In this document: positions 1 to 23,086 of the stretch, piece by piece | Numbering within the stretch: the first letter of the stretch is position 1 | Layout: each line of letters starts with the position of its first letter | NCBI GenBank assembly: GCA_900088475.1 | Contig: FLMG01002622.1 | Coordinates: 124,001-188,000 of the forward strand | Source: Hyphochytrium catenoides | Lineage: Eukaryota > Protista > Hyphochytriomycota | Direction: 5' to 3' | Length of the DNA stretch: 64,000 nt | The notes under the pieces: generated by a model | The model's database searches: none | Told to the model about the DNA's origin: nothing | The model's input: the letters and a program-made list of their open reading frames with translations, nothing else | Program-made: the position numbers and the translations under genes

Positions 1-229
1 TTTGAATCTCTCTCGCTGTCTCTCTTTCTCGCTGCCTTTTCCCCCTTCTCTATATTTCTTACTCTCGCTCTCTACGGCTGTTTTCCTAATCTCGCCAACT
101 TCTCGGTGCTCTTCTCTCTTTCTTTGCTTCCTTTTTTTCTCTCTCTCTCTCGCGCGCTCGCTCTGTGCACTCACTCTCGCCCTCTTTTTAACTGTTTGTC
201 GCTCTCTCTGTTTATCCCTAACACGTCAG

Positions 230-9046
<8,817 letters not shown>

Positions 9047-9344
9047 GACAGTAAGAGGGAGGCTGTCACTGACACAAAAAACTATAGGAAAAGAGAGCGA
9101 AAGAGAGAAGGAGAGAGAGAGAGAGAGAAACGGAGCTCCGGCAAAGAATAGTGGCACACAGGGAGAAAAGGAGAGAAAGTGCCAAAAGACCACTTTCTCA
9201 GTTTATTTATGACTTTCTAAAAGGCTTCCTCACCGTCAAAAGTCCCAAAGTCCGCTTCTCTCTCTCTCTCTCTCCCCCCATCTCTCTCTCCTTGACAAAA
9301 TATTTCTTGAATCTCCCTTCTTCTGCACATCTCTTTCCCTACTA

Positions 9345-11635
9345 TCAGGAGCTACATCGTACAATAAATTGCTCTGTCTTAGCACAGAGGAGCTGCCAGT
9401 GCTGAGGAGAAGAAGAGAACTCTTGTGTGACTTCCTCTTCTTCACCTCTCTCTCTCTCCTTTCTGGGAGATCCATTGGTCCCTGAGCTTTGCTCTCTCCC
9501 TACTTTGGCCATCACGTGCAGAGCTTCTCCTAATCGCTGATAGCCTTCCGCTTCAAAGGAGGGGGAGGAAAAGAAGAGAGGAGAAAGATGAGGGAAGAGG
9601 AAAGAGAGAGTGAGAGAGAGAGAGAGAGGTAAAAGACAAAGAGCGTTTTTGCAAGCAAATAGCAGAAGAGGAGAGGTGTCCTTATAGAGGGGAAGAAATG
9701 ATCTAGGAAAAGACAGACGCACCAGAGAGACTTAAGCAGAGAGGAGGAAAGAGTTGATTTCCATATAGAGTTGGACAGAAAAGAGAGAGAGAGAGAGAGA
9801 GACACTAGCGTTACCTGTAAGTGCTGGGGAGCCCGCAAGCGACTCAGCGAAAACATCCTAACAAAAGAAGAGAGGGAAGAGATGTTTAGTTCTGCCAGAG
9901 ATACGGCACAGGGGACTAGCCGACAAGCAAAGCCAAATTAAGAAAGCGAGAGACCAGAGAGAGACAAAAGGAGAGAGAGAGAAAAAGGAGAAAGAGAGAG
10001 AGGGCAAAGCCCACAAGAATGGATAGAAAAAGAGTTGGACAACAAGAACAAGTGATGGATAAGAAGTAGGAACAACGTAAAAGACCAAGAAGAGAGTGAT
10101 ACGCAAAATGACGGAAAAAGAAGAGAGAGAGAGAGAGAGAGAGAAAGAAGAGAAAGAAAGTACCTCGTAGAGATAGACAATCTGTCTAATGACCAACTTC
10201 CTCAGGGCCAGAGGAGAGTCAATGATGGTCAGATCAACAAAGAAATAGACGTCATTCTGCACACTAAAACTTAGCGGAAGAGAGAGCTCTCTCTCTCTCT
10301 CTCCCCCGCCTTTCACTCTCTTTCCTGGGCCAACTCTATCTTCCTCTTTCCCTCCCACTTTGCCTGCCTCTACCAGGGGGGGAGAGAGAGGAGAAGAACG
10401 CTCTTTGTTGGCAAGATTCTGTTGTCTCTTTGAGTGCGTTCTGGCAATAAATCGAAAAATTTCTGAGAGGTCCTCTCTGTAGATCACACAGCGTATCGTC
10501 CGTCTTCTCTGTGTGGCAAGAAGGAGAGAGAGAGAGAGAGAGTCTCTCCCATGCGCCCTCTCTCTCTTGTCCAAGAGAAGCGAAGGAATGTTTGCATAGA
10601 GAAGATTATCAGGACCTGAGGACCGCAAGCTTTTCTGGTCCGTCTTGAAGATCTTCTCCGCTGTGTTCAAGAAAGGCCGGTGTGATAAGCAGAAAAGAAG
10701 AGAGAGAAAAGAGAGAAAGGAAGAATGAAAGAAGAATGGAGAGAGAGAGAGAGAGAGAGAGAATAAGATACTTGGCACACCGAACAAATCAGTAATACGA
10801 AGAAAATAGGAAGAAGTGAAGGACAAAAGCGATGCCAAGGCAGAGAACATCAGAAGATGATCTCTCTGGGAAAGTAAGAGAGAACTAGAGGAAAAGAAGG
10901 AGGAGAGAGGTAAGAAAGAGAGAGTGAGATCGGGAGAGAGAGAATAGATGCTGTGCCACCTTGCTTCCTTAGTGCTTGGTAGACGCTTTCCGTCACGCTT
11001 CTCTCCTTTGCCTTCTCCAATCTATGGCGCTTTGCACTCGCGGGAGAGAGGAGCCGGCTGTTCAGAGCTAAAGAGAGAGAGAGAGAGAGAGGGAGAAAGA
11101 GAGAGAGAGAGAGATTGAAGAAGACAGGAGAATTTAGAAGCAGTAAGTACAATGTTTCTAGAAACGAACATGAGGCCAGCAGAAGGGTCTCGAAGTGGGA
11201 GAGAGCGAGAGCAAGAGAGCACACTAGGAAGAGAGAGATAGAGGGGGAGTGGGAAGAGGGGGAGAGAGAGAAACAAGGGAAAACAAGAAAACAAGAGAGA
11301 AGCGGAGAGAGGAAAAGAGGCAGAGGGCGAGAGAGAGAGTTGGAAGAAAAGAAAGAGAGAGCAAGTATGGAATGTGCGGACCCGTGAGGGCAACAATGGG
11401 AAAAAGGTAAGGAGAGAGGAGAAAGAGAAAGTAGGGAGAGAGGAGAGAAAGAGAGCATTGTGGTATAGCCAAACATACCCGAGAGACCGTCGTTGTCCAG
11501 TCGCGAAGCTTCCCTTCCGTCTGTTCGGATAGAGTGACCGTCTTCAGAACGTGACCACACCAACAGCGAGAGAGTAAGAGAGAGAGAAAAGGAGAGAGAG
11601 AGAAAGAGAGAGAGAAAGTGAGAGAGAGAAAGAGA

Positions 11636-11671
<36 letters not shown>

Positions 11672-14633
11672 AAGATGATATGAGATTGAGAGGAGCGACG
11701 AGAAGGATTGGCATTGCTCGTTAGAACAACGCGAAAAATGGAATAGTAAGTACGAGAGAGATGGAAAGAAACAGAGAGGAACGAGAGGTGGGAGAAAGAA
11801 AGAGAGAAAAGAACCAAAAAGCAGACAAGAGGTCAACGGAGAGGATGAACGATAAATAAGGTTCTTGGAATTGAGGGTGAAAGTTGATGCACAGGACCCG
11901 GAGGAAGACACTAGGGAAGATGGTAAGAGAGAGAGAAAGAGAAAGAGAGAGAGGGAGAGAGAGAGAAAGAAAGAAAGAGAGAGTATGTTAGTGGCCTATT
12001 TCTTCTATCTTCATTCCGTACCCCTCTTTCTTCCTCCCGCTGCTGCACCTCCTCCTTGTATCGCGTGCCTAAGGCATCTCTCTCCTGAAGAAGAGACAAC
12101 GGCGGAACATTGCTGGAGCTTCTTCTGATGTGCGCAGAGGAAAGTGCTCGCCTGACTCTTAGGGTTAAGAGTATGAAAAGCACTTCCTTCTCTCTCTCTC
12201 CCTGATTTCTCTCTCTCTTCTGACGAGCGAGGTCTGCAATCTTGGAATTTGCCTATAACGAAGCTGAAGTCATAGAGAGGAAGAGAAGAAGGAGAGAAAG
12301 AGTCCAGCGCAGCTTTCTCTTGCTTCCATTCCGCGAACTTGACCGTCATCTTTGTCGCTATGGCCTAGTACGCATTGAGAGAGAGAGAGGAAGAGGAATA
12401 ACGAGAGAAGAGACCAGACAGAGAATAGAGAGAGAGAGAGAAAGAGTGATCGAGGATGTAAGAGCGAAAAAGGTCACTTTGGCGGTAGGACAGCGATAGA
12501 AAGCGTCATGCGAAGACAGGGAGAGAGAGAGAGAGAGAGAGAGACANNNNNNNNNNNNNNNNNNNNNNNNNNNNTTGCGAGAGAGAGGAAGGAGAGACAA
12601 AGCGAAAGAAGGAAAAAAATGCAGCCTTATTGTTGAGCTTCTGAGTGGGCAAGGTTAAGCTGGGGACGAAGAAGATAGGAGACAGAGAGAAAGCAGAGAG
12701 AACGTCATTGGAAAGAGAGAGTTTTGTCGCGGAAAGAAAGAGTTTGGAAGGAGAAAGAGAGAGGATCAATTGTGCCGTCTTTCCCCTACCGAGAGATCTC
12801 CAGGGAGCAGAGCACGAAAGTCCTTGCATGTCTCCAGCATACAGAAGTTTTTCTAGCAAACCAAGCAGCCGGAGACGGCGGATAAGTGATGGAGAAGAGA
12901 AAGAGAGACAGAGAGAGAGAGAAAAAGAGAGAACAGACTATAAGTGATGTGTCAGGCACAAATGCCAGAGGAGGAGAATCCTAAGGGAGAGCATCATCTT
13001 TACATTAGTAAGGAAGGTCTTGGCGAAGAGAAGAGATATAATGGATAGTAAGATTGGAAAGGGCACACAGAACCGAGACAAAGAAGAGAGAGAGAGAGAG
13101 TGAGCAAGGAGAGAGAGCGAGGGCAGGAGAGAGAGAGAGCAAGGAGAGAGAGAGAGAGAGCACAGGGAGAGAGAGTTTACTAGATGGTCCAGCTCGGTCT
13201 GGTTGTTGAGGTCCACATCAGCAGCAGCAGCTGCTGAGTCAAGCTGATATTGAAAGGCCAGCAGAACTATCTCATCCCAAAGCTACCAGAGTAACAGGTC
13301 AGAGACAGACAGAGAGAGAGATAAAGAAAGGACAGAGAAAAAGGAGAGAGAGAGAGAGAAAGAGAGGGGAGGGAGAGAGAGGTAGAAGGAACGTTAAAAA
13401 TAACAAGCCCCATTCCAGAGAGTAAGTTCTCCACGCATCACCACCAAAAGCTACAATGTTCGACCGCTCTCTCCCTCTCCCTCTCTCTCTCTCTCTTTAT
13501 ATATATATATGTATGTATATTTCTCTTCTTTCTCTCTCTTTCTTCCCTCGTAGCATGTGTCTTCTCTTGCTTCCTTACAATTGGAGCCCTAGTGTCCGCA
13601 AAGAGGTTGATCAGGGAAGAGAGAGGCACACGTTTCAGTTCTCCCGAGGAGAAGAGTCTTACAGCGCAGCGCTGAGATTGGATCTCAGAGACGATGCCCC
13701 ACTGAGGAGAAAGGAGAGGAAAAGGGAGAGTCAATCATTATCATCATGCCTTTCTCCCTTTCCTCCTATACCCTATCTCCTGTTAGAGAAAGAGTCATCT
13801 CTCTTCACCTTGTTTTTCTCCTTCCCTCTTCATTCGCGTTCATCCTCTCCTTTCATGTTGGCATAGATACAAAGCCCTTCTGTGTATTTGTGGCATTTTT
13901 GTCTCTCTCTCTCTCTCCTCTCTTCTTTTCTCTTTTTTCTTCTCGCTCTATCTCTCCCAAACTCCAATTCTCTTGGCACCCTCTGTCTCTCTCTTATCTC
14001 GATTAGGCCCTACTCTTTCCACGGCAATACTCGTCTCTCTCTGTGTCTCTCTCCCTCTGTCTCCCTTTCCTTGCGCCCACATCTCTCCTTTTCTCCCTCT
14101 CTCTCCTCTAGGCTTACCTCTCTCTCGCTGCTCACCACCACCGATCCAACGTCAATGTCTGTCATAAACGTAGGAGAAGAAATCTTTCTCTGTCCTGAGC
14201 CTCCTTCTCTCTTGCACAGAAAACTCTTTCCTGTAATGGACTCGGAGAAAATAGGAGAGAGAGAAGGGGAAGAGAGAGCCTTGTGTTGGCCATGAGAAGG
14301 AGAGAGACAGTCCCAATGGGCGGCAAACGTGCAGCGGACACAAGATCCACCGGTTCGAGAAGAAAGAGAAGAGCTACAGAGAGCGCAAGAGTGACGGGGA
14401 CAGAGAAAGGTGGCGCCTTTCTCCCCTTTTGTGCTCCTCTCGCCGGGTTCTTTGGCCTTCAGGGCACAACTGCGGCCCGAGAGAGCGAGAGGAAGAAGAA
14501 GGAAAGACAAAGGGAGAGGGAGAGAGAGAAAGGGAGAGAGACAGAGGGAGAGAGGGGGGAGTGGGGAAGAAGAGCACATTTTGGTTAGAAAGAAGAAGAA
14601 GGACGTGTCACGAATAGTTGAGTTGGGGATATA

Positions 14634-14680
<47 letters not shown>

Positions 14681-16116
14681 AGAAGAGGGTGCGAGAGAGA
14701 GACAAAGAGTAACAGATGGGAAGTAGTCTTCTCTCGCGTTCCTCTTCTTACCCCTAGAAGAGAGACTATAAATACTAAAAAAAAGACGACGGATAGAAAG
14801 GAAGAGAACCCACAACAATTTGCTTGGACTTCTCTCCTGTCTCTCTCTTTCCTGCCTCTCTCTCTCTCTCTCTGACATTTAGAAGCCGCTTACCCCGGAT
14901 GTATAACGACCCCACAGTTAGGGGCCGCACAGCGAAGAAGAGAGACTCTCTCCACGCCAAACTTTTTGCAGCCGCTACACTGCCTGATGCCTGTGATGCA
15001 CTCTGGACAAAGCCACCGGGATGACTCCTCTCCTGGCTTTCCTCTCTCTTTCTCTCTCTCTTGATACTCCTTGTCTTTCCTCTCTTTCTTCGTCTTCTCC
15101 TCTTTATTCTCCTTTCCTGCTCGGCGCCCCTTGGAGTCTAGTCTCATCTTCTTGTTCTTCGGTCCATCTTCTTCTTCTTCGTCGTCTTCCTCCTCTTCTC
15201 CTCGTTTTTTCTTTCTCTCCCCGCGCTGTCTCTCTTTCTCGTCCGCTTTCATTATCACTACTTCGATGGTAGATCTGGAAGACTGTCCCTTTGTCCTCAG
15301 TCTCTCTCTTTTCTTCTCATCTCTCTGCTCTTCCAAGCAGAACGGATGGAAAGAACGAAAGCACCGTCCGTCACACATCCAGAGATCGCCTCCTTCCCCA
15401 CAAAGGTAGCACAGATCGTCGTGTAAGTCAGAGATATCAGCCGCAGGACCGTCATTTCCTCCGCTTCTTTCCCTCGGCCGGGAAGAAGAGAAAGAAGAGA
15501 GAGAAGGAAGCTTACTCGCCCGATAAGAGAAGCATGGCCGGTCTTTTCCCGTTGCATCAAGGCCGTTACCAGCTCCACCATTACCATTTCGTGCCAATTT
15601 GTTAGCCTTTTTGCTAAGGAAAGATGATCCAGAGCCGCTAACCGCCTTCTCTCTTACTTTGGTATGAGAGATGGTGGTCTTCGTCCCGTTCTCTCTTTCT
15701 CTCCCTATGTCTCTCTCTCTTTTCTCTCCTTCCCCATTCTCTGTCTTGATCTTCTCTCTCTCTCTTCCCTCCTGCTCCTGCTGGCGAGAGGCACAAGCTT
15801 CCACATGTCTCTCCACGACGGAGAGAGCGACAGAATGGCCAAACTTTTGATTGCAGAGAGGGCAATGGCGCGAGAGTTCTCCGCTGATGCCAAGCTGTTT
15901 CCTCCTCAGACAAGCGCTGACATGTCTGTCCATGGCCACAGGGTTAAGAAAGAGACGGCTGCAGATGGGACATTTGATGTCTTCTTCTCTCCCTTGTGCT
16001 ACTATTGAGGAAGGGTCTATCTTCTCTGTCTCTCGTCTCTTGTCTTTCTCTCTTTTCTCTTTCTCTGTCTCTCGCTCTGGAGTGGACTTGGGTGTCCTAG
16101 ATGTCATGCTCGCCAT
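9345..16116 (-). CDS. Large multi-exon chromatin-reader-like protein: 2 UBZ/Rad18-type zinc fingers, NSD-type PHD finger cluster, Tudor/KOW-like module, unassigned C-terminal region
   Basis: Exon 1 (16116-~14894) encodes CPIC...DRHVSAC, CPLC...ERHVEAC, CYLCGEGGDLWMCDGRCFRSFHPFCL...WLCPEC and CSGC...RCAAPNCGVVIHPG. Exon ~14469-14118 encodes FLCPRHSCALC...CVRCTFAAHWDCL. Spliced DVGSVVV-WGIVSEIQSQRCAVRLFSSGELKRVPLSSL is SH3-barrel-like. Further probable exons near 13180-13280, 12790-12985, 12010-12350, 10165-10680 and 9345-9555. The 5' half is secure; the 3' exon chain and whether it is a single gene are uncertain. Confidence 0.7.
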
Positions 16117-16628
16117 CCTCCGAGTTTCTTAGGGCTCTAGAGTGCGCTGCCTCGTCTCTCTCTCTCTCTCTCTCTCTTTTGCTTTCTCAGTCTCCTCGTC
16201 CACAGCTATCTTGTCTAGATGGGCCACAGAAGTCACCCTTCGCTTCTCTCTCCAGTTTGATTCTCTATGTCTTTATACTGAGATCGTGTTGAGCTCATCC
16301 TCTGTCATCCTGGTTCTCTCTCTCTCTCTCTCTTTTTCTCTCTCTCTTTCTCTCTCTCTCTGTCTCTCGGTCCTGTCTCTCGTACTCTCTCTCTCCACCG
16401 CCAGTATAAATTGTTTCCAAGACTCTAGGTGGCGCTGTGTTGCGGGCTTCAGCCTCTCCCTTTGCCTCTCGTCCGTCCTGGCCGAGGAAGATTGATCTTT
16501 GTTGTCTCTCAAGAACCAGTGCCATGTTGAACCATGTTCAACCTGCGCGCTCAGAGACGAGAGGAGGAGAGAGGAGAGAGAGCAGAACATTGAGGGAGGG
16601 AAGGGGAAAGAGAGAGAGAGAGCGAGAG

Positions 16629-16696
<68 letters not shown>

Positions 16697-16963
16697 GAGA
16701 TTTCGATAATCGAGACAGAGTGGAAGATATCCCTCAGGTTATACAACAAATAATCACCAGACCCAATGTTCAACTATTTACGGTTAGCCGAATATAACAT
16801 CAAAATCTCTCTATAGCACATCTCACCGGAAGGTGTATTACTATTTTCCAATATCAGCGCTTATAATTGGGGCCTTTAATTAGCTTCGGCTTATGATTAG
16901 AACAGTGAAGAAAACTGTGGAGCTATGGTGGAAGGAGAGCGCCAGAGAGAGGAAAGAGCAACA

Positions 16964-17015
<52 letters not shown>

Positions 17016-17152
17016 TAACAAGGAGCGATGACGATGAGAGAGAAAGAGGACGTCAAAGAAAAGGGAGAGAGCGAGAGAGCTAGAGAGAGAGAGAGCTAGA
17101 GGGACCGAGAGAGAGAGAAAGAGAAAGAGAAAGAGAATTGCTGTGGCCTTCC

Positions 17153-17734
17153 TTAGCGCGTTTGAAGATTATTGTTACAGAGCAAAGAGCGAAACTCTTC
17201 CGAGCAGAAGTCGGCGCCTCTGATATAGTTCCCATCGCTCGGCCCTACTACCTCCGTCTCTTCTTCTCTCTCTCTCTCTCTCTCCCCGTCTATCATTTCT
17301 CTCTTCTCTCTTTCCTCTCTCTCTCCCTCTCTCTTCGTCTCTTCTCTCTTAGCTGCTGCGAGCATGCCGTCCACAGAGAGAGAACGAGGGAGAAAAGGAG
17401 GCTTTGTCTGTCTTAGCAAGGCAAAATTGACGGTGGAGAAGAAAGGATGACTCTTGATGGCAACCGAAGACTGCATCCGCTTCTCTTCCTCCTTCATAGA
17501 GAGACCAAAGAGAGAGAGATAAGATTGCGAGAGAGAGAGAGAGAGAGAGCATTAGATAGAGAGAAAGGGAGAGAGAGAGGATTAGAGAAAGAGAGAGAGA
17601 GAGACTAGATTGAGAGAGTAAGAGAGAGAGAGAGGTGTCAGGAAGGTGTACAAAGCGAGAGAAGAGAGCGCGGAATGTGGGACGGAACAATGGACATGAA
17701 AGGTAATGAAATCTCGAGAGAAACTCAAACACGA

Positions 17735-17769
<35 letters not shown>

Positions 17770-17911
17770 CTACCTTGACAAGAAGCAACTCTATGAGATC
17801 CTTGAGCTCTCGGGAATGCTGATAATAACTTGGAAACTGCACTTCTTGCTCCAAGATCTTCTCCAAAGTCTCAGGCTGAATAGGGAGATCATAAGCACGA
17901 GAAGAAGAAGA

Positions 17912-17944
<33 letters not shown>

Positions 17945-17976
17945 GAAGAAAAGAAGGGGGATAGAGAGAGAGAACA

Positions 17977-18042
<66 letters not shown>

Positions 18043-18275
18043 AGAAGGATAGAGAGAGAGAAGGGATAGAGCGATTAGAGAGAAGGAGAGAAAGAGATTA
18101 AGAAAGAGAGAGAAGATGGTGGCGCAGGGAGGAAAGAGAGAGGGAAGGGAGAGACCAACAAAGAGAGAAAGAGAGCAGCCAAGCAGGAAAGTGAGGCTGA
18201 GATTTTAGCCAACATAGATTGAAAGCAAACAGAAGATTGCGAGGACGATTGAGAAGAGAGAAGGCGGACATAGGG

Positions 18276-18327
<52 letters not shown>

Positions 18328-18883
18328 ACTGACCACTGTGGTTCCGACGAAGGGCGTCCTTCCTACAGCCATTTCGTAAAGAAGCACGCCTTCATTATAG
18401 ACAAAGGCAAAAAGGTAAGAGAGAGAGAGACATTTTTGCTTAGAAACGGAGACCATCTGAGATGGTCACGAAGAGAGAGAGAGAGAAAGAGAGCAAGAAA
18501 GGAGGGAGAGACAGAACATTTTAGGGGAGAAGATGACTTTGACAGAAGAAATTGAGAGAGAAAGGGCGGAAGGGAGACCAACATAGAGCAGGAGATAGGT
18601 CAGAGGAGATAGGCGAAGAGAAGGGAGAGCAGCAGCAACCATAAGGAGACTGGCAGAGAGAGAGAGCAAGGAGAGAGGATCAAAGAGTAGGCCTGATGGC
18701 CACATAAGAGAGAAAGAGAGACACACAGAGAGAGAGAGAGAGAGAGAGATGTGACCTCCAGCACCTTACCAAAGGTCCACCAGTCCACGTTTCCGGAGTA
18801 AGATTCTCCCTTTATTACCTGCGGAATACCAGGCGAGAGCCAGAGTCTGAGAGATGAGATGGGTGGGTCCAGGTACCTAACTT

Positions 18884-18952
<69 letters not shown>

Positions 18953-19625
18953 CTATATCTGTTTCTCTCTTGGATCTACTCACCTCAGGTGCCACGTACT
19001 CTAAAGTGCCTACAAAAGATTTGGAGCGCGTCACTCTGAGATGACTCTCTGTCTCTATCACTGGAAAGTCCTCAAGGGACATACGAGAAGAAGAAAGAGA
19101 AAACCTTCTCTCCCGTGAAGATCTCTCTTTTCTCTCCCCGCTAGATAAGCTAGTGAAGGTTGAAGAGAGAGAAACAGTTTTGGAGGAAGAGGAGAGAGAA
19201 GAGAGAGAAGCTTCATCCTCGTGCATGCCTTTATCTTCTTCTGCCGGCAATTCTCTCTGTTTGGGAGGACTGGCAGAGAATGTCGGTAAGAAAGGAATGT
19301 CTCCTTCTCTCTCTCTCTCTAGAGTTTCTCTTCTAGTTTCCGACTCTCTTCTCTTCCCTGCTGTCTCTGTTTTTTTACCTCTGTTACCTTTCTCATCGTT
19401 CGACGGTTCTCACTGGTATGGCAAACTTCTCTCCTCTTCGGTCATTTCGTCCCTTGCGCTCCTAACTGTTTCCCTCCTTACTATATGTCTCTGTTCTCTC
19501 TCTCTGTCTCTGTCTCTATTTTCTCTCTCTCTCTTCCCTACTTTCTTTCTTTCTCTCTCTCTCTCTCTCTCTCTCTGTTCTTTTCCTTTCTAACTCTCTC
19601 TCTCTCTCTTCCTCCCCACCCCCCA

Positions 19626-19660
<35 letters not shown>

Positions 19661-19902
19661 CTCTCTCCCTAGGTCCCCCTCTTACCCGACGAGACTGGAC
19701 TTTGATCCAAAGAGAGCCTTCAAGCTACGGTTCGAGCTCGTCAAATGCTTGAGAGAGGCGCCTGACGCTTTCCTATTTCGTGGCGACTCTGCCGCGCTGG
19801 CCCCGCCCCAGGAGAAGGCGCGAGAGAGGTCAAAGTCAGAGAGAAGAAGAAAGCCATTGGACTGGAGGAGGAGATTCTCGGGCTTGAGATCTGGGGAAGG
19901 GA

Positions 19903-19971
<69 letters not shown>

Positions 19972-20386
19972 GAGAGCGAGCGACAGAGCGTGAGTGAGAG
20001 AGAGAGAAAGGTAACAGGAGGGGGGAGAGGAGAACCACAGAAGGGAGAGAGAGAGATGGAAGAGTGAAACCGGAGATAAGGAGAAAGCGAAGAGAACCCG
20101 AATTCGTGAGGGAGCCAAAGAGAGAAAAGGGCAAGAATAGAGAAACAACCATCAGATCGTAGGGACGAGTGGAAAGGTAAAAGGAACAGCTCAACTGCTT
20201 GCATCTCTCTCTCCTAACTTTTTTTTTTGTCTTTCTGTTTGTTTGTCGGTCTCTCTCTTTCCCTCTCATTATGTTCACGACTTTCTTTCGCTGTTGTCTC
20301 CGCAAGGTACCCTGAATCGAGCTCTTTGCTGTGTGTTCCTCCCCCTCCCCCTTCCGCTTATTTCTCCTTGCTATCTCTCTTTGTGC

Positions 20387-20463
<77 letters not shown>

Positions 20464-20871
20464 CTCTCTCGCTCTCTCTCGCTCTCTCTTAATGCCCTGT
20501 CTCTTTACTTCTGCATCTTGTCTCGTCCAAGGCTCTCCTTTTCTTTTACCTCTATAGACATATCCTCGGAGATGAATGTACTCCAGCGCTGTCAACACCT
20601 GAGACGCGTAGAATCGTATCTCCTTCTCCTGCAGAAGAGAAAGACTCATCAGCAAGAGGGAAGAGACGCCATCAACTCACCATGAAGAAGAGGGAGAGAA
20701 GGGGAGAGAGAGAGAGGGGAGAGAGAGAGAGAGAGAGAGAGAAGAAGGTACAGAATGGGGCACGAAAGGAGGAGAGAGAGTGGGGATTGATAATGATAAA
20801 GAGAGACTGAGGGTTGTAGAGAACAAGTTAGAAAGAGAGAAATGAACAGAATGAGAGCGAGACACACACAT

Positions 20872-20904
<33 letters not shown>

Positions 20905-23030
20905 GAGAGGTCCGTCACAGACCTTCAAAGGGTCTCTCTTTCTCTTCTTGAGATAGTCGAAGAAGGTGCCTCCCGCGCCATAAGTCATCAGAAGGAAGAG
21001 GCGGCTCGAGGTCTGGAAGCTCGCGTACAGATTCACGATAAAAGGATGAGAAGCACTGCGAAGGAAATCAATCTCCGGAATCCGGACGGACGTATCCTAA
21101 GAGAGACGAGAGAGAAAGAAAGAGAGAGAGAGAGAGAGAGAGGGTGAGAGAAAAGGTAGACGAAGAAGAAGGAGAATAATGAGGGAAGCTCTGAGAAGGG
21201 CGCCAAGCTAAAGAGAACCTGATTGAGGACAAAGGACAGGGAGAGGGGCCGGGAGAGAGTGAGGTCGAGAGAAAGTGGGAAAAGAGAGGGAGAGAGAGGA
21301 TGTTTTCGACAAGAGAGAGAAAAACATAAGAGAATTCGAGAAGAGACAAGGTGACGGGACTAATTAGGGAGGGCCGCACCGAATAAAATGGAGGGACTCA
21401 CTGGAAGACAGTAGTAGCGGGACGACTGAGAGATAAGAACAGAGAGAGAGAGAGAGAATGATGAGAAGAAGAAGAAAAAGGAGAGAGGCGTGATGCAAGG
21501 GGAGAAAGATACTGAAGGGACACAGCGATGGCGCATTAACGTTATCAAACCTCTGGCTTCCTTCTCAAGTGGCCTTTCTGGAGCTCTTTTAGCGCGAAGA
21601 AATGACCAGGTATCCTCTATACAAGAGAGAGAGAAGAGGGAGAGAGAGAGAGAGAGAGAAAGAGTTATAAGGTGGGGAGAAAGAGGGAGTGAAGAGGCTT
21701 CAGGAAGGAGAGGGAAAAGGCTGCTTTACATGAGATGCGCGAGATAGAAGAGACAGAGAGAGACAAGAGAGTACATAGCGATAATAGATTACGACGAGAG
21801 AAATTAGAGCGGAGGCCCCCGTTCTGCATGCAGAGAAAGGGAGAGAGACAGAGAGAGAGGGAGAGGATCAAAAGGAGAGAATAAAGAGAATGTTGATATG
21901 TGTCCTGACGAAAAAATACACAGCTTTAGGTATAGTATCCCTGAGATTAGGAGTGATGGGAAGAGAGCGGCAAGAGAGAGGAAGAGAGATATTGACGAAG
22001 GCAAAGAAGTATATTGGCAAACGCAAGCACGGGAAAGAGACGAAAGGAAAGAGAAAGAGAAGAAGAGAGCAGGCGTAACAGAGAAACAGGAAAGAGTCTC
22101 TTCTGACCTTGTGGGCCACAAGCCACACTTTCCCAACATTTCCCTTTCCCAAGACCTTGATCCAGGTGAATTCCTCTAAAGATTTGATTGGATGCTTCTT
22201 GCTTTCTCTCTCTCTCTGTCTCTCTTTTTTCTCTGGTCCCTCTTCCTCCTTCTGCCCCCTAAAGGAATGGACAGCAGCGTCTTCCATCTCTTTCCTCCCC
22301 TCCTCAGTTTCTCTCTCCATTTCGAGGCTGTCTTCTTCGTCCTCTTCCTCTTCTGAAATGTAGGCAATGTCTGAGGCGATGTCACTGTCATGGAGAGAGG
22401 ATTGAGAGAAAGAGAGTGTCTCTCTCTTGTTGTCACTCTCTTTCTGTATGTGTCTTTGCGTTTGCTCTTCTGCCTTTGTTCTCTCTATCTTCTCTTCTTG
22501 CAACGTCTCTTCTTGCTCTGTCTCTCTCCCTCTCTCAATTTTGGGCAAAGCTGTCTCTCTAGTGCGTACCCGTGTAAGCCATGCTCTTAGGCCAAACACT
22601 CCAGAAAGAGAAGAGGCGGTGGCTGTGACCATGACTGCCTTCTCTCTCTTCTTCTTGCACCACTTTCTCTTATCCCTCTCTTCTTTTGCTTCTCGCTCTT
22701 TCCTTCTAATGTGACTCTCCCTCTCTCATGTTTCAGTCTCTGCTTTATCTTTTTCTGGGAGTGTTCTCTTTCTTCCTTTATCACCCTGAGACCCTGACAC
22801 TAGAGAGAAAGAGAGACAGAAAGAGAAAGAACTTGTCCCACGCTTCCTAAAATGACAAGAGAGAGACAAATATGTGTCGCCGCTCCATCTCAAGCTCTAC
22901 CTGATTCTTCCTGTCAGTGTCCCAACCCTTTTTAGCAGACCTCCCACAGTGCCTTCATGATCTGTTACACATGCAGAGGCTAATGGGGATCTTCTCTCTG
23001 TGTCTTTCTCGCCTTAAATCTTCTCTCTCT

Positions 23031-23086
<56 letters not shown>

